Source: an uncultured Thermotogae bacterium (GTDB taxonomy: Bacteria; Bipolaricaulota; Bipolaricaulia; UBA7950; UBA9294). From it: 64,000 bases of DNA. This document shows, piece by piece, positions 55,539 to 64,000 of this stretch. Position numbers and translations under genes: made by a program. Every line of letters starts with the position of its first letter. The stretch's first letter is position 1. The notes beneath the pieces were generated by a model, which saw only the letters and a list, made by a program, of their open reading frames with translations, was not told where the DNA came from and did not search any database. The stretch spans positions 1,317-65,316 of the forward strand of contig CAZSNG010000006.1 of assembly GCA_964608345.1 (NCBI GenBank), given 5' to 3'.

Positions 55539-56450
55539 ATGCATCGAAGAACTTGGCTGATCCTGCTTCTGGTGGGGCTGCTGGCCTGCGCGTTGGTGGC
55601 CTGCTCGTCGAGTGACAGAACGACGGGCCCATCGGAAGAGACGACGACCACACCCGAGGACACAGCGAGCACACCCGAGGACACGCCGAGCACCTCGAAC
55701 GAGGAGACGGCGGCCGAGCCGGCCGACGTGCCTGAGCCGGTTGACGAACCAGGGCAGGTCGAGCCCGAGCCGCAGGAACGGACGGAACCGGATCCGCCTG
55801 AGCCCGCGACGCCTGACGAGGCCGCAGTGGCGCCGCCGGAGGGCGCATTCTCCGATGCAGCGACGGCGCTCGACAACCTGGACAGCTACCGATACTCGAC
55901 GCTCTTCACCTTCGTCGGTGAGGAAGGCGGCGAGATCGAAGCTGGCTCGATCGAGCTGATGGGCATCGTCGCCGGACCGGACGAGAAGCACCTGATCTGG
56001 ATGAACCTTGAGGACGAGGAACGATTCGAGGTGATTCGGCTCGGCGATCAGGCGTGGGTCTACGGTGACGGCGACTGGACCGAAACACCGATCTTGGTGG
56101 CGGAGGGGATGACGAACGCGATCCTGATCTTCGCGCCGTCGGTCGTCTGGAACGGCATCTTCGGCGAGCTGGAGGCGACGGCCTCGTATGTGGGGATGGA
56201 GACGGTGAACGGTACCTCCGCGCGTCACTACACCGCGACCTACGAGCAGTGGGCGGGGTACTGGGAGGGCGAGTTGGAGAATGCCACGGGAGACGTCTGG
56301 ATCGCCGAGGCCGGCTACCCGGTCAAGTACCACTTCGCGGCCAGCGGAATCGACAAGGACGGCGGGCGCGGCACCGTGACCTGGCGGATGGATCTCGCCG
56401 ACGTCAACGAGGAGATCACAATCGAGGCGCCTATCGCGAACGGATCCTAG
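55539..56450 (+). CDS. Lipoprotein with Pro/Glu/Thr linker and LolA/LppX-like beta domain
   Basis: Lipobox LVAC; repeated TPEDT; LDSYRY, ARHYT, DVWIAEAGYPVK, DVNEEITIEAP. Confidence 0.75.
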   Translation: MHRRTWLILLLVGLLACALVACSSSDRTTGPSEETTTTPEDTASTPEDTPSTSNEETAAEPADVPEPVDEPGQVEPEPQERTEPDPPEPATPDEAAVAPPEGAFSDAATALDNLDSYRYSTLFTFVGEEGGEIEAGSIELMGIVAGPDEKHLIWMNLEDEERFEVIRLGDQAWVYGDGDWTETPILVAEGMTNAILIFAPSVVWNGIFGELEATASYVGMETVNGTSARHYTATYEQWAGYWEGELENATGDVWIAEAGYPVKYHFAASGIDKDGGRGTVTWRMDLADVNEEITIEAPIANGS

Positions 56451-56464
56451 AGGATCCGTTCGCG
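56435..56464. terminator. Perfect hairpin over the lipoprotein stop codon, between convergent genes
   Basis: CGCGAACGGATCC-TAGA-GGATCCGTTCGCG, 13-bp stem, no U tract. Confidence 0.6.
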
Positions 56465-56560
56465 CAGCAGTCTCAACGATGATGGGGGGCTGCTGTCGGC
56501 CTGCTGTCCTGTCTCGCCTGCGAGCAGGTTGCCGGCTGCAGGAGTTCCCCCAGTGATCGG

Positions 56561-58285
56561 CTAGGTCGGACTTCTCTTGTGTAGGCTTCGTCCGAGAATC
56601 CAGAACAACACCGAGGTGACGACGCACAGGCCGGCGAACATCCAGACCCACCACGGGAATCCGAGCAGCGAGACGCGGCTGTCGCCCCAATTCCAGACGT
56701 CGATTCCGACGAGGAACAGCGCTGCGAAGGCGGCGCCCCAGCCGAGAACCGCGCGCCGGGTGAGCGCGCGAGGTTCTCGCGTCGACTCGCGCAGTAGCTC
56801 GGCCCGATGGATGAAGCTTCCGACGACGAGAACGAGGGTCGTCACGACGACGATCGGGACGACCGGCAGCGTTCCGAGCCGCGGGAGGAGCTTCAAGTAG
56901 TAGGCGACCACGAGCCCCTCACCGGCGACGATCGACGCAATCGCGGCGGCTGGGCTCATCCGCTTCCAGTAGAGGGCGCCGATGACGGTCGGGAAGAGGA
57001 CCGCGAGGCCGGTGAACGTCTGCGTGGCGAGGATTCGGAACGTCGCCGGCGGCTGGTAGGCGATCGCCAGCCCGACGAGGGCCAGCCCGACCACGAACGC
57101 CTTCGACATCCATTGGGGCGCTTCGGGCGATTGCGTGACCCGGTCTTGGACCGTGCCCGGCAGCTCACCAGACAGCGGAACGGGACCTTTCCTGCCGTTC
57201 CGCTCCGCGCGGTATCGCAGTAACGGTGCTGCGATATCGCGCGAAAACATAGACGACAGCGTCAGCAGCTGTGAATCGAGCGTCGACATCAGCGCCGCCA
57301 GGGCGGCCGTCAGCACGAGCGCCTCGATCGCCGGCGGCGCGTGTTCCGCCAGCATCATCGGAAGGATTCGATCGGCGGCGACGCCTTCCGGCAGGGTCGG
57401 GTAGGTCAGCCTCCCGAGAACGCCGATCGTCACCGGGAGCAAGAACAGGAACCCGGTGAGCAACGGGTAGAGCGACATCGTCGTCGCGAGCCCGCGCGGG
57501 CTCTTCGCGGCGTAGAACCGCTGGAACAGCTGAGGGAACATCGGATCGCACAGGAACCAGAGAAGCATGTATCCGAACCAGACGCCCGGCGTGTAGATCC
57601 CGCCCAGGCCGGGCCGCGCGAACAGCTCGGGGAAGTCGCCGAGGACGGTCCGATTCGCCGCAGACAGGCCGCCGAACCGCGCGGCGATGATGCCCACCGC
57701 GACGACGAGGAGAACGATCATCATCCCGCCCTGGAAAACGTCGGTCCGGGTCACGCCGCGGAAGCCGCCACGGAAGGTATACAGCAGCATGACAGCGGTG
57801 ATCAGCGCCGCGCCGGCGAAGTACGGGATCCCGAGCAGCGACTGAAGCGCGTACCCGGCGGCCATCGGTTGCATCGCGAGGTACGGGACGGTGAAGACGG
57901 TCATCACCAGGAAGAAGAGGAAGCGAAGGATCGGGCTGCCGGTCAGCCGATAGACGAGCTCCGGCGGTGTGATGAGTCCGTACTTCTTGCCCAGCTGCCA
58001 CGCCGGGCGCCCGATCAGGACGAACGTGAGCGCCATGAACCCGGTCCCGAACCCCATGATCGGGTAGTAAGCGTAGCCGCTCTCCCATCCGGCGCCGGCG
58101 AATCCGAAGACGGTGAACGCACTGAAGTTCGTCGCCGCCATCGTGAGGAACAGGACGAGCGGCGTCGTCGTGCGTGACGCGATGAAGTAGTCCTCGCTCG
58201 TCCCGCGTGCCCGGCGCATTGCCCAGAAGCCGATCCCAAGCAGGATCGCGAAGTACCCGACAACGACTGCGATTCGTACGGCCAT
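56561..58285 (-). CDS. Sodium:solute symporter (SSS, PanF/PutP-like) with C-terminal small membrane extension
   Basis: SEDYFIASR, MAATNFSAFTVFGFAG, RGGFRGVTRTDVFQG, QLFQRFYAAKS, AALMSTLDS; CAGGAGG RBS. Confidence 0.92.
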   Translation of the reverse strand: MAVRIAVVVGYFAILLGIGFWAMRRARGTSEDYFIASRTTTPLVLFLTMAATNFSAFTVFGFAGAGWESGYAYYPIMGFGTGFMALTFVLIGRPAWQLGKKYGLITPPELVYRLTGSPILRFLFFLVMTVFTVPYLAMQPMAAGYALQSLLGIPYFAGAALITAVMLLYTFRGGFRGVTRTDVFQGGMMIVLLVVAVGIIAARFGGLSAANRTVLGDFPELFARPGLGGIYTPGVWFGYMLLWFLCDPMFPQLFQRFYAAKSPRGLATTMSLYPLLTGFLFLLPVTIGVLGRLTYPTLPEGVAADRILPMMLAEHAPPAIEALVLTAALAALMSTLDSQLLTLSSMFSRDIAAPLLRYRAERNGRKGPVPLSGELPGTVQDRVTQSPEAPQWMSKAFVVGLALVGLAIAYQPPATFRILATQTFTGLAVLFPTVIGALYWKRMSPAAAIASIVAGEGLVVAYYLKLLPRLGTLPVVPIVVVTTLVLVVGSFIHRAELLRESTREPRALTRRAVLGWGAAFAALFLVGIDVWNWGDSRVSLLGFPWWVWMFAGLCVVTSVLFWILGRSLHKRSPT

Positions 58286-58353
58286 GCATCCTCCTGACAA
58301 TGAGAAACGCCGCCCAGCCGAGGCTGGGTGGCGCGGGCCTGGTCATACCTCGA

Positions 58354-58935
58354 CTGACACGGTAGCACGGGTTGGCATGGAATGCCAACCCAACGTGTCA
58401 GGGGCCGGTTTGCCGACGAACGGCAAACTGGCGTGGATGACGAACTGTCGGACGGACGGTCGTGCAACGCGCGCCAAGCCGTGGGTGTCTCAGGCCAGTC
58501 TTGCCGACGGACGGCAGACTGGCGTCGGGAGCAAATCGGACGTGGGCAGGGACGCGAGCGAATGCCAACCCACCGTGTCAGGGGCCGGTTTGCTGTCGAA
58601 CCGCAAACTGGCGCGGATGACGTACTGCCGGACGGGCGGTTGTGCAACGTGCGCGAAGCCGTGGGTGTCGCAGGCCAGTTTGCCGACGGACGGCAAGCTG
58701 GCGTCGGGAACAGATCGGACGTGGGCAGGGACGCGAGCGACTGCCAACCCGCCGTGTCAGCGGCCAGTCTGCCGACGGACGGCAAACTGGCGTGTGCAAA
58801 TCGGACGTGGGTAGGGACGCGAACAGCTGCCAATCCGCCGTGTCAGCGGACAGCTTGCCGACGGACGGGAAACTGGCGTCGGGAACAGATCGGACGTGAG
58901 CAGGGACGCGAGCGAATGCCAACCCACCGTGTCCG
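58354..58935. repeat. BIME/REP-like array: six 29-30-bp palindromes with two alternating linker types, ~90-bp period
   Basis: Consensus GCCAGTTTGCCG-ACGGA-CGGCAAACTGGC at 58404, 58494, 58584, 58674, 58763, 58849. Confidence 0.9.
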
Positions 58936-59018
58936 GAGGGAGTTCGTGCCTGCTGTTGTTTGTGGCGCCTGGCTCGCGCGGTTGGAAGGGCTCGTGTACA
59001 TTCTTCACAGGGGTTGAT

Positions 59019-59933
59019 ATGCCGAAGCTCGAAGGGATCTTCCCACCAATACCGACGCCGTTCGCCACGGACGGAGAACTCGATGTCGACGCACTCGCGG
59101 AGAACCTGCGCTGGTGGAATCGATTCGACCTGACGGGAGTCGTTGTCCTCGGATCGAACGGCGAGGCCGTCCTGCTCGACGAGAGCGAGAAGCTTCGCCT
59201 AGTCGAGACGGCGCGTGCGGAGCTCCCGAAAGGGCGCACGCTGATCGCCGGGACCGGGCTCCAGTCGACCGCGGCGACGATCCGGCTGACGCGGGCCGCC
59301 GCCGAGGCCGGCGCCGGCGCCGCGCTCGTTCTCTCCCCGTTCTACTACAAGGGGTTGATGACCGCGGATGTCCTCGAGCGGCACTTCCGGGATGTCGCCG
59401 ACGCCTCGCCGATCCCCGTCATCCTCTACAACATGCCCGCCTGCACCGGACTCGATCTCGACGCGGAGCTGATCGTGCGGCTTGCGGGACACGAGAACGT
59501 CGTCGGGCTGAAGGACTCGAGCGGCAATGTCGCCAAGCTCGGCCGACTCCACGACGAGCTTGGCGACCGCTTCTCGATTCTCGCCGGATCGGCGGGATTC
59601 CTGCTACCGGCCCTCGCTGTCGGCGCAGTCGGCGGCGTTCTCGCGCTGGCGAACATCGCGCCGCGCGAGTGCCTCGAGGTCCGGCGGCTCGCATTGGCGG
59701 AGGACATCCGGGCGGCAAGAACGCTTCAGATCCGGCTGGTGCGCCCGAACACCGCGGTGACGCGGCGCTGGGGTGTGCCCGGTCTGAAGGCGGCGATGGA
59801 GATGCTCGGTCTTCGCGGTGGTCCGGTGCGCCCGCCGCTCCGGCCGCTGGGTCCCGCCGAGTGCGACGAATTGCGATCGATCCTGCGCGACGCAAGGATC
59901 CTCGAAGTCGACGAGAAGGAGACGACCACATGA
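59019..59933 (+). CDS. DapA-family aldolase, 4-hydroxy-2-oxoglutarate aldolase (HOGA)-like
   Basis: GIFPPIPTPF, LGSNGE (rather than the GTTGE of DHDPS), ILYNMP, GLKDSSG. Confidence 0.8.
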   Translation: MPKLEGIFPPIPTPFATDGELDVDALAENLRWWNRFDLTGVVVLGSNGEAVLLDESEKLRLVETARAELPKGRTLIAGTGLQSTAATIRLTRAAAEAGAGAALVLSPFYYKGLMTADVLERHFRDVADASPIPVILYNMPACTGLDLDAELIVRLAGHENVVGLKDSSGNVAKLGRLHDELGDRFSILAGSAGFLLPALAVGAVGGVLALANIAPRECLEVRRLALAEDIRAARTLQIRLVRPNTAVTRRWGVPGLKAAMEMLGLRGGPVRPPLRPLGPAECDELRSILRDARILEVDEKETTT

Positions 59934-61096
59934 AGGACCGCACGCTGCTGATGATCCCGGGGCCGATCGAGTTCGAGCCGGCCGTATTGCAGGCGCTCGG
60001 CGCCCCGACGACCAGTCATGTCTCGCCCGACTTCATCGACGTCTTCGGACGGGCGATCGAGCGGATGCGCGAGGTGTGGCAGGCCCCGACGGGCCAGCCG
60101 TTCGTCCTCGCCGGCTCCGGCACTCTGGCGATGGACTGCGCCGGAGCAAACCTGGTCGAGCCGGGCGACCGCGCGCTCGTCCTGAGTACCGGTGTGTTTG
60201 GCGACCGGTTCGAGGATCTGCTGACGCGCTACGGCGCCGAGGTGGACGTGATCCGTGCACCGATTGGGGAGACGATCGACTTCGACGCCGTCGCGGCGGC
60301 CCTCCGCGAGAATCCGTACAAGCTGATGACGGCGACCCACGTGGATACGTCGACGGCGGTTCGGATCGACGCGGAGCGGTTCGGTGCGCTCGGCCTGGTG
60401 CACGATGTGCTCACCGTCCTCGATGGAGTCTGTTCCGTCGCCGGAGAGGAGATCTGCCAGGAGGCGTGGGGAGTCGACGTCGTGCTGACCGCATCGCAGA
60501 AGGCGGTCGGCGTGCCTCCCGGGCTGGCGCTGCTCGTCGTCAGCCAGCGCGTGCTGTGCGCGTGGGGCAAGCGCCGGACCCGGGTTGCGAACTATTACGC
60601 CGACTGGGACAAGTGGCTGCCGATCATGGCGTCGTACGAGAAGCGCGTGCCGAGCTACTTCGGGACTCCGGCGGTCAATCTGGTGTCCGCGCTCGATGTC
60701 AGCTTGGGGCAGATCCTCGAAGAGGGGATGGAAGCCCGGTTCGCGCGGCATCGTCGATTCGGCGACGCCTGCCGTGCGTCGCTTCGCGCCCTCGGGCTTG
60801 GGCAGGTGCCGACCGACGACGACCACGCGGCAAACACGCTCAGTGCGCCGCGGTTTCCGGTCGGCGTGACGAAGGCGGATCTGCTGCCGGCGATCCGACA
60901 CGCCGGGGCCATCCTTGCGGGCGGGCTGCATCCGGAGATCAAGGCCGAGTACTTCCGAATCGGCCACATGGGGGCGACGAAGCCGGGAGACCTCTTGGCG
61001 ACGATCGGGGCGATCGAGGCGGGGCTGCGGTCGAGCGGCCACGCGTTCGACGGCGGGTCCGGCCTCGCGGCTGCACAGGCTGTGCTGTTCGGATAG
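59930..61096 (+). CDS. Class V PLP aminotransferase (alanine-glyoxylate/serine-pyruvate type)
   Basis: LMIPGP, GSGTLAMD, THVDTST, LDGVCS, TASQKA (PLP Lys), YFRIGHMG; ATGA coupling. Confidence 0.92.
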   Translation: MKDRTLLMIPGPIEFEPAVLQALGAPTTSHVSPDFIDVFGRAIERMREVWQAPTGQPFVLAGSGTLAMDCAGANLVEPGDRALVLSTGVFGDRFEDLLTRYGAEVDVIRAPIGETIDFDAVAAALRENPYKLMTATHVDTSTAVRIDAERFGALGLVHDVLTVLDGVCSVAGEEICQEAWGVDVVLTASQKAVGVPPGLALLVVSQRVLCAWGKRRTRVANYYADWDKWLPIMASYEKRVPSYFGTPAVNLVSALDVSLGQILEEGMEARFARHRRFGDACRASLRALGLGQVPTDDDHAANTLSAPRFPVGVTKADLLPAIRHAGAILAGGLHPEIKAEYFRIGHMGATKPGDLLATIGAIEAGLRSSGHAFDGGSGLAAAQAVLFG

Positions 61097-61129
61097 GATC
61101 GGCGGCGAAGGGCGGAGAGGGAGGGTTCG

Positions 61130-61984
61130 ATGATACGGAGACGGAAGAAGAAGGAGAAGAAGCCAGCATGGATTCTCCGCCTCGTCTGGCGGTTCGGATA
61201 CAAACCGGGCCGCGTCATGCGCGAGGTTCTCGAGTGGACCGAAGTGCTCGTCGTGGCCGGGGCACTGGCGGCAATCATCATGATCTTCGTCACCGTCCGG
61301 ATGCACGTACCGACCGGCTCGATGATCCCGACGATCGACCCGAAGGACTCGTTCTTCGTCGATCGGATCACCTACTACTTCCGCGACCCGAAACCGGGGG
61401 ACATCGTCGTCTTCCGGCACACCGAACAGGTTCTCGCTCGCTCGGTTGCGGACGGATCGACCGCCGATCTCGCCGGTGTCGAGGCCGGCGATCAGCTGCT
61501 GTACCTGAACAGCGAGCCGATCTATGCCACCGAGGATGCGGACGCGTACCTCGCGACGCTCGACGAGGGGGCGTTTCTTCGCCTGACGGTCGTCGGCGGC
61601 GTGCAGTACGAGCTGGGGAATCGTGAAGCGGGCCTCGGCTCGCTCGAGGACCTCGGCATCGTGACGCGTGAGAAGCGGATGCGCTACGTCAAGCGGCTCG
61701 TCGCCATCGGCGGGCAGACGGTCGAGATCCGCGGCGGTGACCTGTACGTCGACGGGGAGATGCTGACCGACCCGCGCTTCGATCGGTACTACTACTCGAA
61801 CGACCCGCGTTTCCAGTACGGCGTCGAACCGACACTCGTCCCCGAGGGTCACTACTTCGTGCTCGGCGACAACTCACAGAACTCGTTCGACTCGCGATTC
61901 TGGGGGTTCGTCGACGAGCGGGACTTCATCGGAGAGCCGTACCTTCGTGTATGGCCGTTCAATCGGTTCGGCCTGATGCGCTAG
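61130..61984 (+). CDS. lepB: Signal peptidase I with a PDZ-like insertion
   Basis: TM helix, VPTGSMIPT (Ser), YVKRL (Lys), FVLGDNSQNSFDSRFWG; insert VADGSTADLAGVEAGDQLLYLN. Confidence 0.92.
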   Translation: MIRRRKKKEKKPAWILRLVWRFGYKPGRVMREVLEWTEVLVVAGALAAIIMIFVTVRMHVPTGSMIPTIDPKDSFFVDRITYYFRDPKPGDIVVFRHTEQVLARSVADGSTADLAGVEAGDQLLYLNSEPIYATEDADAYLATLDEGAFLRLTVVGGVQYELGNREAGLGSLEDLGIVTREKRMRYVKRLVAIGGQTVEIRGGDLYVDGEMLTDPRFDRYYYSNDPRFQYGVEPTLVPEGHYFVLGDNSQNSFDSRFWGFVDERDFIGEPYLRVWPFNRFGLMR

Positions 61985-62952
61985 GGCGCTTCCTCGAACC
62001 GGAGATTCGGCGACGCGAAGATAGCGGCCGGCGCCGGCGCACCGTCGAGGATCGCCTCGATCGCTTCGGCGAGGACCGGGTGTGTATGCATGTCCACGTG
62101 ATCCATCCCGATACACGCCACGTTCTCCGCTTCGGGGAGATACGCCGAGGCCATCAGTACGACCAAATCCGATCCCTGCCACGCGAGTCCGGCGTCGACG
62201 CACTCGCGCAGGCACCTCTCCTCGTCGAGGCGAATGCCACAGCCAAAGCAGGTCTGTCCGGCCATCGACACGTAGCGGACGCCGGGTCGAAGCGATGTCA
62301 GGCGGCCGTCGATCACGCGGTCCCGATTCAGCAGGTCGAGGAACTGGCCCTCCGGACTGAGCTGGCGCCCGAGGCGGCTCAGCCACTGGCCGAACGACGC
62401 GAGGAACGCGCCGTGGTGTGGCGCGGCGACGGAGACCAAGGTCCGCACGTCACTCTGGTAGTCGGTGGCGTGGTCGGGGAAGTCGTCGGTTCCGATGACG
62501 TCATCGAAGTCGTCCGCCTCGACGTAGGCGCGGGCGACCAGCGCGCCCATGCTGTGGGCGACAATGTCGACGGCGGGAACGGCGAACGTCTCCGTGATCC
62601 AGGCGATTTCGTCGGCCAGACGGGCGGCGTAGAAGCGCAGGTCGCGAACCGTAGGCTCGTACGGGAGGGCATAGTCGGAGAGGAAGACGTCCCGGTGCTC
62701 CGGATCCGCGGCCGGCAGAAGGTAGAGGTCGTGCCCGGACTCGATTTCGATCGCGAGCATGTCCGCGATTGGACGGCCCGAGAGGTGGCCAGCGACGTCC
62801 GCCCAGAGCTCCGTCACCCGGAACCCGGGGATCGGCTGGAAGCCGTAGACGAGGAGGGCCGGCGGAGCGGCGGCCGCGGTTGTTGGGGCGACGATCGCGA
62901 GCAGGACAACCATGAGAAGGACGGCGGGGAGGTCAGCACGAAGTGTCCGCAT
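61981..62952 (-). CDS. Exported alpha/beta hydrolase (lipase/esterase, PGAP1-like)
   Basis: Signal peptide, LVYGF, IVAHSMG, VAAPHHG, SDLVV, VDHVDMH; ATG 62952 after GGGAG. Confidence 0.82.
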   Translation of the reverse strand: MRTLRADLPAVLLMVVLLAIVAPTTAAAAPPALLVYGFQPIPGFRVTELWADVAGHLSGRPIADMLAIEIESGHDLYLLPAADPEHRDVFLSDYALPYEPTVRDLRFYAARLADEIAWITETFAVPAVDIVAHSMGALVARAYVEADDFDDVIGTDDFPDHATDYQSDVRTLVSVAAPHHGAFLASFGQWLSRLGRQLSPEGQFLDLLNRDRVIDGRLTSLRPGVRYVSMAGQTCFGCGIRLDEERCLRECVDAGLAWQGSDLVVLMASAYLPEAENVACIGMDHVDMHTHPVLAEAIEAILDGAPAPAAIFASPNLRFEEAP

Positions 62953-63023
62953 GAACTCCCATCCTCGCATCGCCGGCCCTCCCGGCCGCATTCTACACGT
63001 GCTTGCCTGTGTCATCCGATCGC

Positions 63024-63790
63024 ATGGTCTCTATCGAGCGCTCTTGGAGTCGCTGGAGGGCAATGCGACCCGGTCGGCTCCCGATCATCGGCCGCCCGAT
63101 CGGTACTGGGATATCGGAGTCAACACGCCGACCGTCAGGCGGATTGCCGCGCGGCACGCGAAGGCGTACGCGGCGTGACGGCCCGAGGGCCGTCACGGAC
63201 GAGAACGCAAGCGCGCTCTCGTGTGGGATCGATTGGCGAGCCCAGTCCTACGGCGCGGTTCCTCGATCACGGATGCGAGGCGGCCCATCTTGGCGTGTTC
63301 CTGCTCGGGCGAACGATCGATCGGTTCGACGCCCCACCGCTCGCGGAGATTGGCCGCCTGGTCGAGTCGTTCCTTGGCTGGGCGGCAACCGACGCGTTCC
63401 GCATCGAGGTCCTGCAACCGCTCCTGCGCCGATGGCGCGCTCCGACGAGCCGAACCCTCGAGGCGTGGGCGTCGTCGTCGTGCCGGTGGAAACGCAGGGC
63501 GAGCGCGGTTGTCTTCACGCGCAGGCTAGGCGCCTCGGGCCGATTCACGGATCTCGGACTGTCGGCGTGCGAACGCTTGGTCTGGGACGATGACGATCTC
63601 GTCCGCACGGGCGTCGGGTGGGCGTTGAAGGACCGGATGAAGGGCGACAAGGCGGAGGTGCTTCGTTTCGTCGAAGACCTGCGACGTCGTGGCGTCTCCT
63701 CAACGATCACTCTCTACGCGATTCGAGACCTCGTCGGCGAGGAGCGTTGTCGCCTCCTGTCCATCAAGCCGACCCGGGCGTACCTTCCCG
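63024..63790 (+). pseudogene. Frameshifted AlkD-like DNA alkylation repair gene; boundaries approximate
   Basis: GVNTPTVRRIA in one frame, ending at a stop at 63178; WAATDA, WASS..RWKRRAS, DDDLVRTGVGWALK in a different frame. Confidence 0.72.
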
Positions 63791-64000
63791 GGATACGAAC
63801 GAGATTGCCCCCGTCTGGCAACTGCTGACGCACAGACCGCAGCCGAAGCACTTGTCCTGGTCCAGGGAGGGCTTCTCGCCGTTCTGCGGCGCGGCCCACG
63901 CGTCGAACGGGCACCGTGAGACGCACGCTCCGCAGGCAATGCACGTGCCGATGTCGTGCTCGGCGACGTGGGTCGCCTCGACGATCGCGTCGTGGTAGTC
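63764..64000 (-). CDS. C-terminal 2x[4Fe-4S] dicluster domain of a gene that starts outside the window
   Basis: My translation: ...CIACGACVSRCPF...CFGCGLCVSSCQTGAI...stop at 63764-63766. Confidence 0.9.
   Translation of the reverse strand, partial: DYHDAIVEATHVAEHDIGTCIACGACVSRCPFDAWAAPQNGEKPSLDQDKCFGCGLCVSSCQTGAISFVSREGTPGSA

Noticed and set aside
58404-58877. CRISPR array (29-bp palindromic repeats with ~60-bp spacers)
   Set aside because: The spacers are not unique: they fall into two recurring families. The repeats are degenerate throughout and no cas genes are in the window.
58354-58935. Integron attC array served by the tyrosine recombinase
   Set aside because: TGCCAAC/GTTGGCA fit RYYYAAC/GTTRRRY poorly, there are no cassette ORFs between units, and the recombinase lacks the IntI-specific insertion.
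58015-59017. ORFs spanning the repeat array (58015-58833, 58284-58814, 58382-59017)
   Set aside because: Open in several frames on both strands, with no clear RBS or protein-like composition; expected for a GC-rich repeat.
61951-63828. A single 625-aa protein
   Set aside because: The 5' two-thirds is antisense to the lipase gene; only the 3' part carries AlkD-like motifs.

Overview
High-GC bacterial chromosomal window. The taxon cannot be fixed from sequence alone; a Bipolaricaulota/Acetothermia-like lineage is only an impression. (1) 1-12.7 kb, minus strand: a seven-gene MoxR/DUF58/vWA surface-protein cluster upstream of tRNA-Pro(TGG), dnaX, ybaB/ebfC and a partial coiled-coil gene. (2) 12.8-14.9 kb: a 205-aa catalytic-domain-only tyrosine recombinase with a perfect AT-rich palindrome just upstream, an HD protein and a MerR/RacA-like protein. 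(3) mutL, a lipid kinase, and a TPP-riboswitch operon (thiN, ThiXYZ-type ABC transporter, methyltransferase), then M42, M29-like and M20 peptidases. (4) 25.5-47.5 kb: a large catabolic locus headed by two XRE-cupin regulators. It contains hydantoinase/5-oxoprolinase A+B, an AlbA/AlbB-like cyclodipeptide-oxidase pair with no cyclodipeptide synthase in the window, a Dpp/Opp ABC transporter, a hydantoin-racemase-family enzyme, a second short hydantoinase-A, two DUF917 paralogs, an Xaa-Pro peptidase, a two-Cys proline racemase and a proline/hydroxyproline dehydrogenase-like flavoenzyme pair. My best candidate for an undescribed system is this locus, read as a diketopiperazine (cyclo-Xaa-Pro/Hyp) degradation pathway. 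(5) 47.5-64 kb: accessory secreted proteins, two disrupted genes, a Na+/solute symporter, a BIME-like palindrome array, a HOGA-like aldolase plus alanine-glyoxylate aminotransferase, and a PDZ-containing signal peptidase I. Family assignments come from motif recognition and memory; no database search was run.
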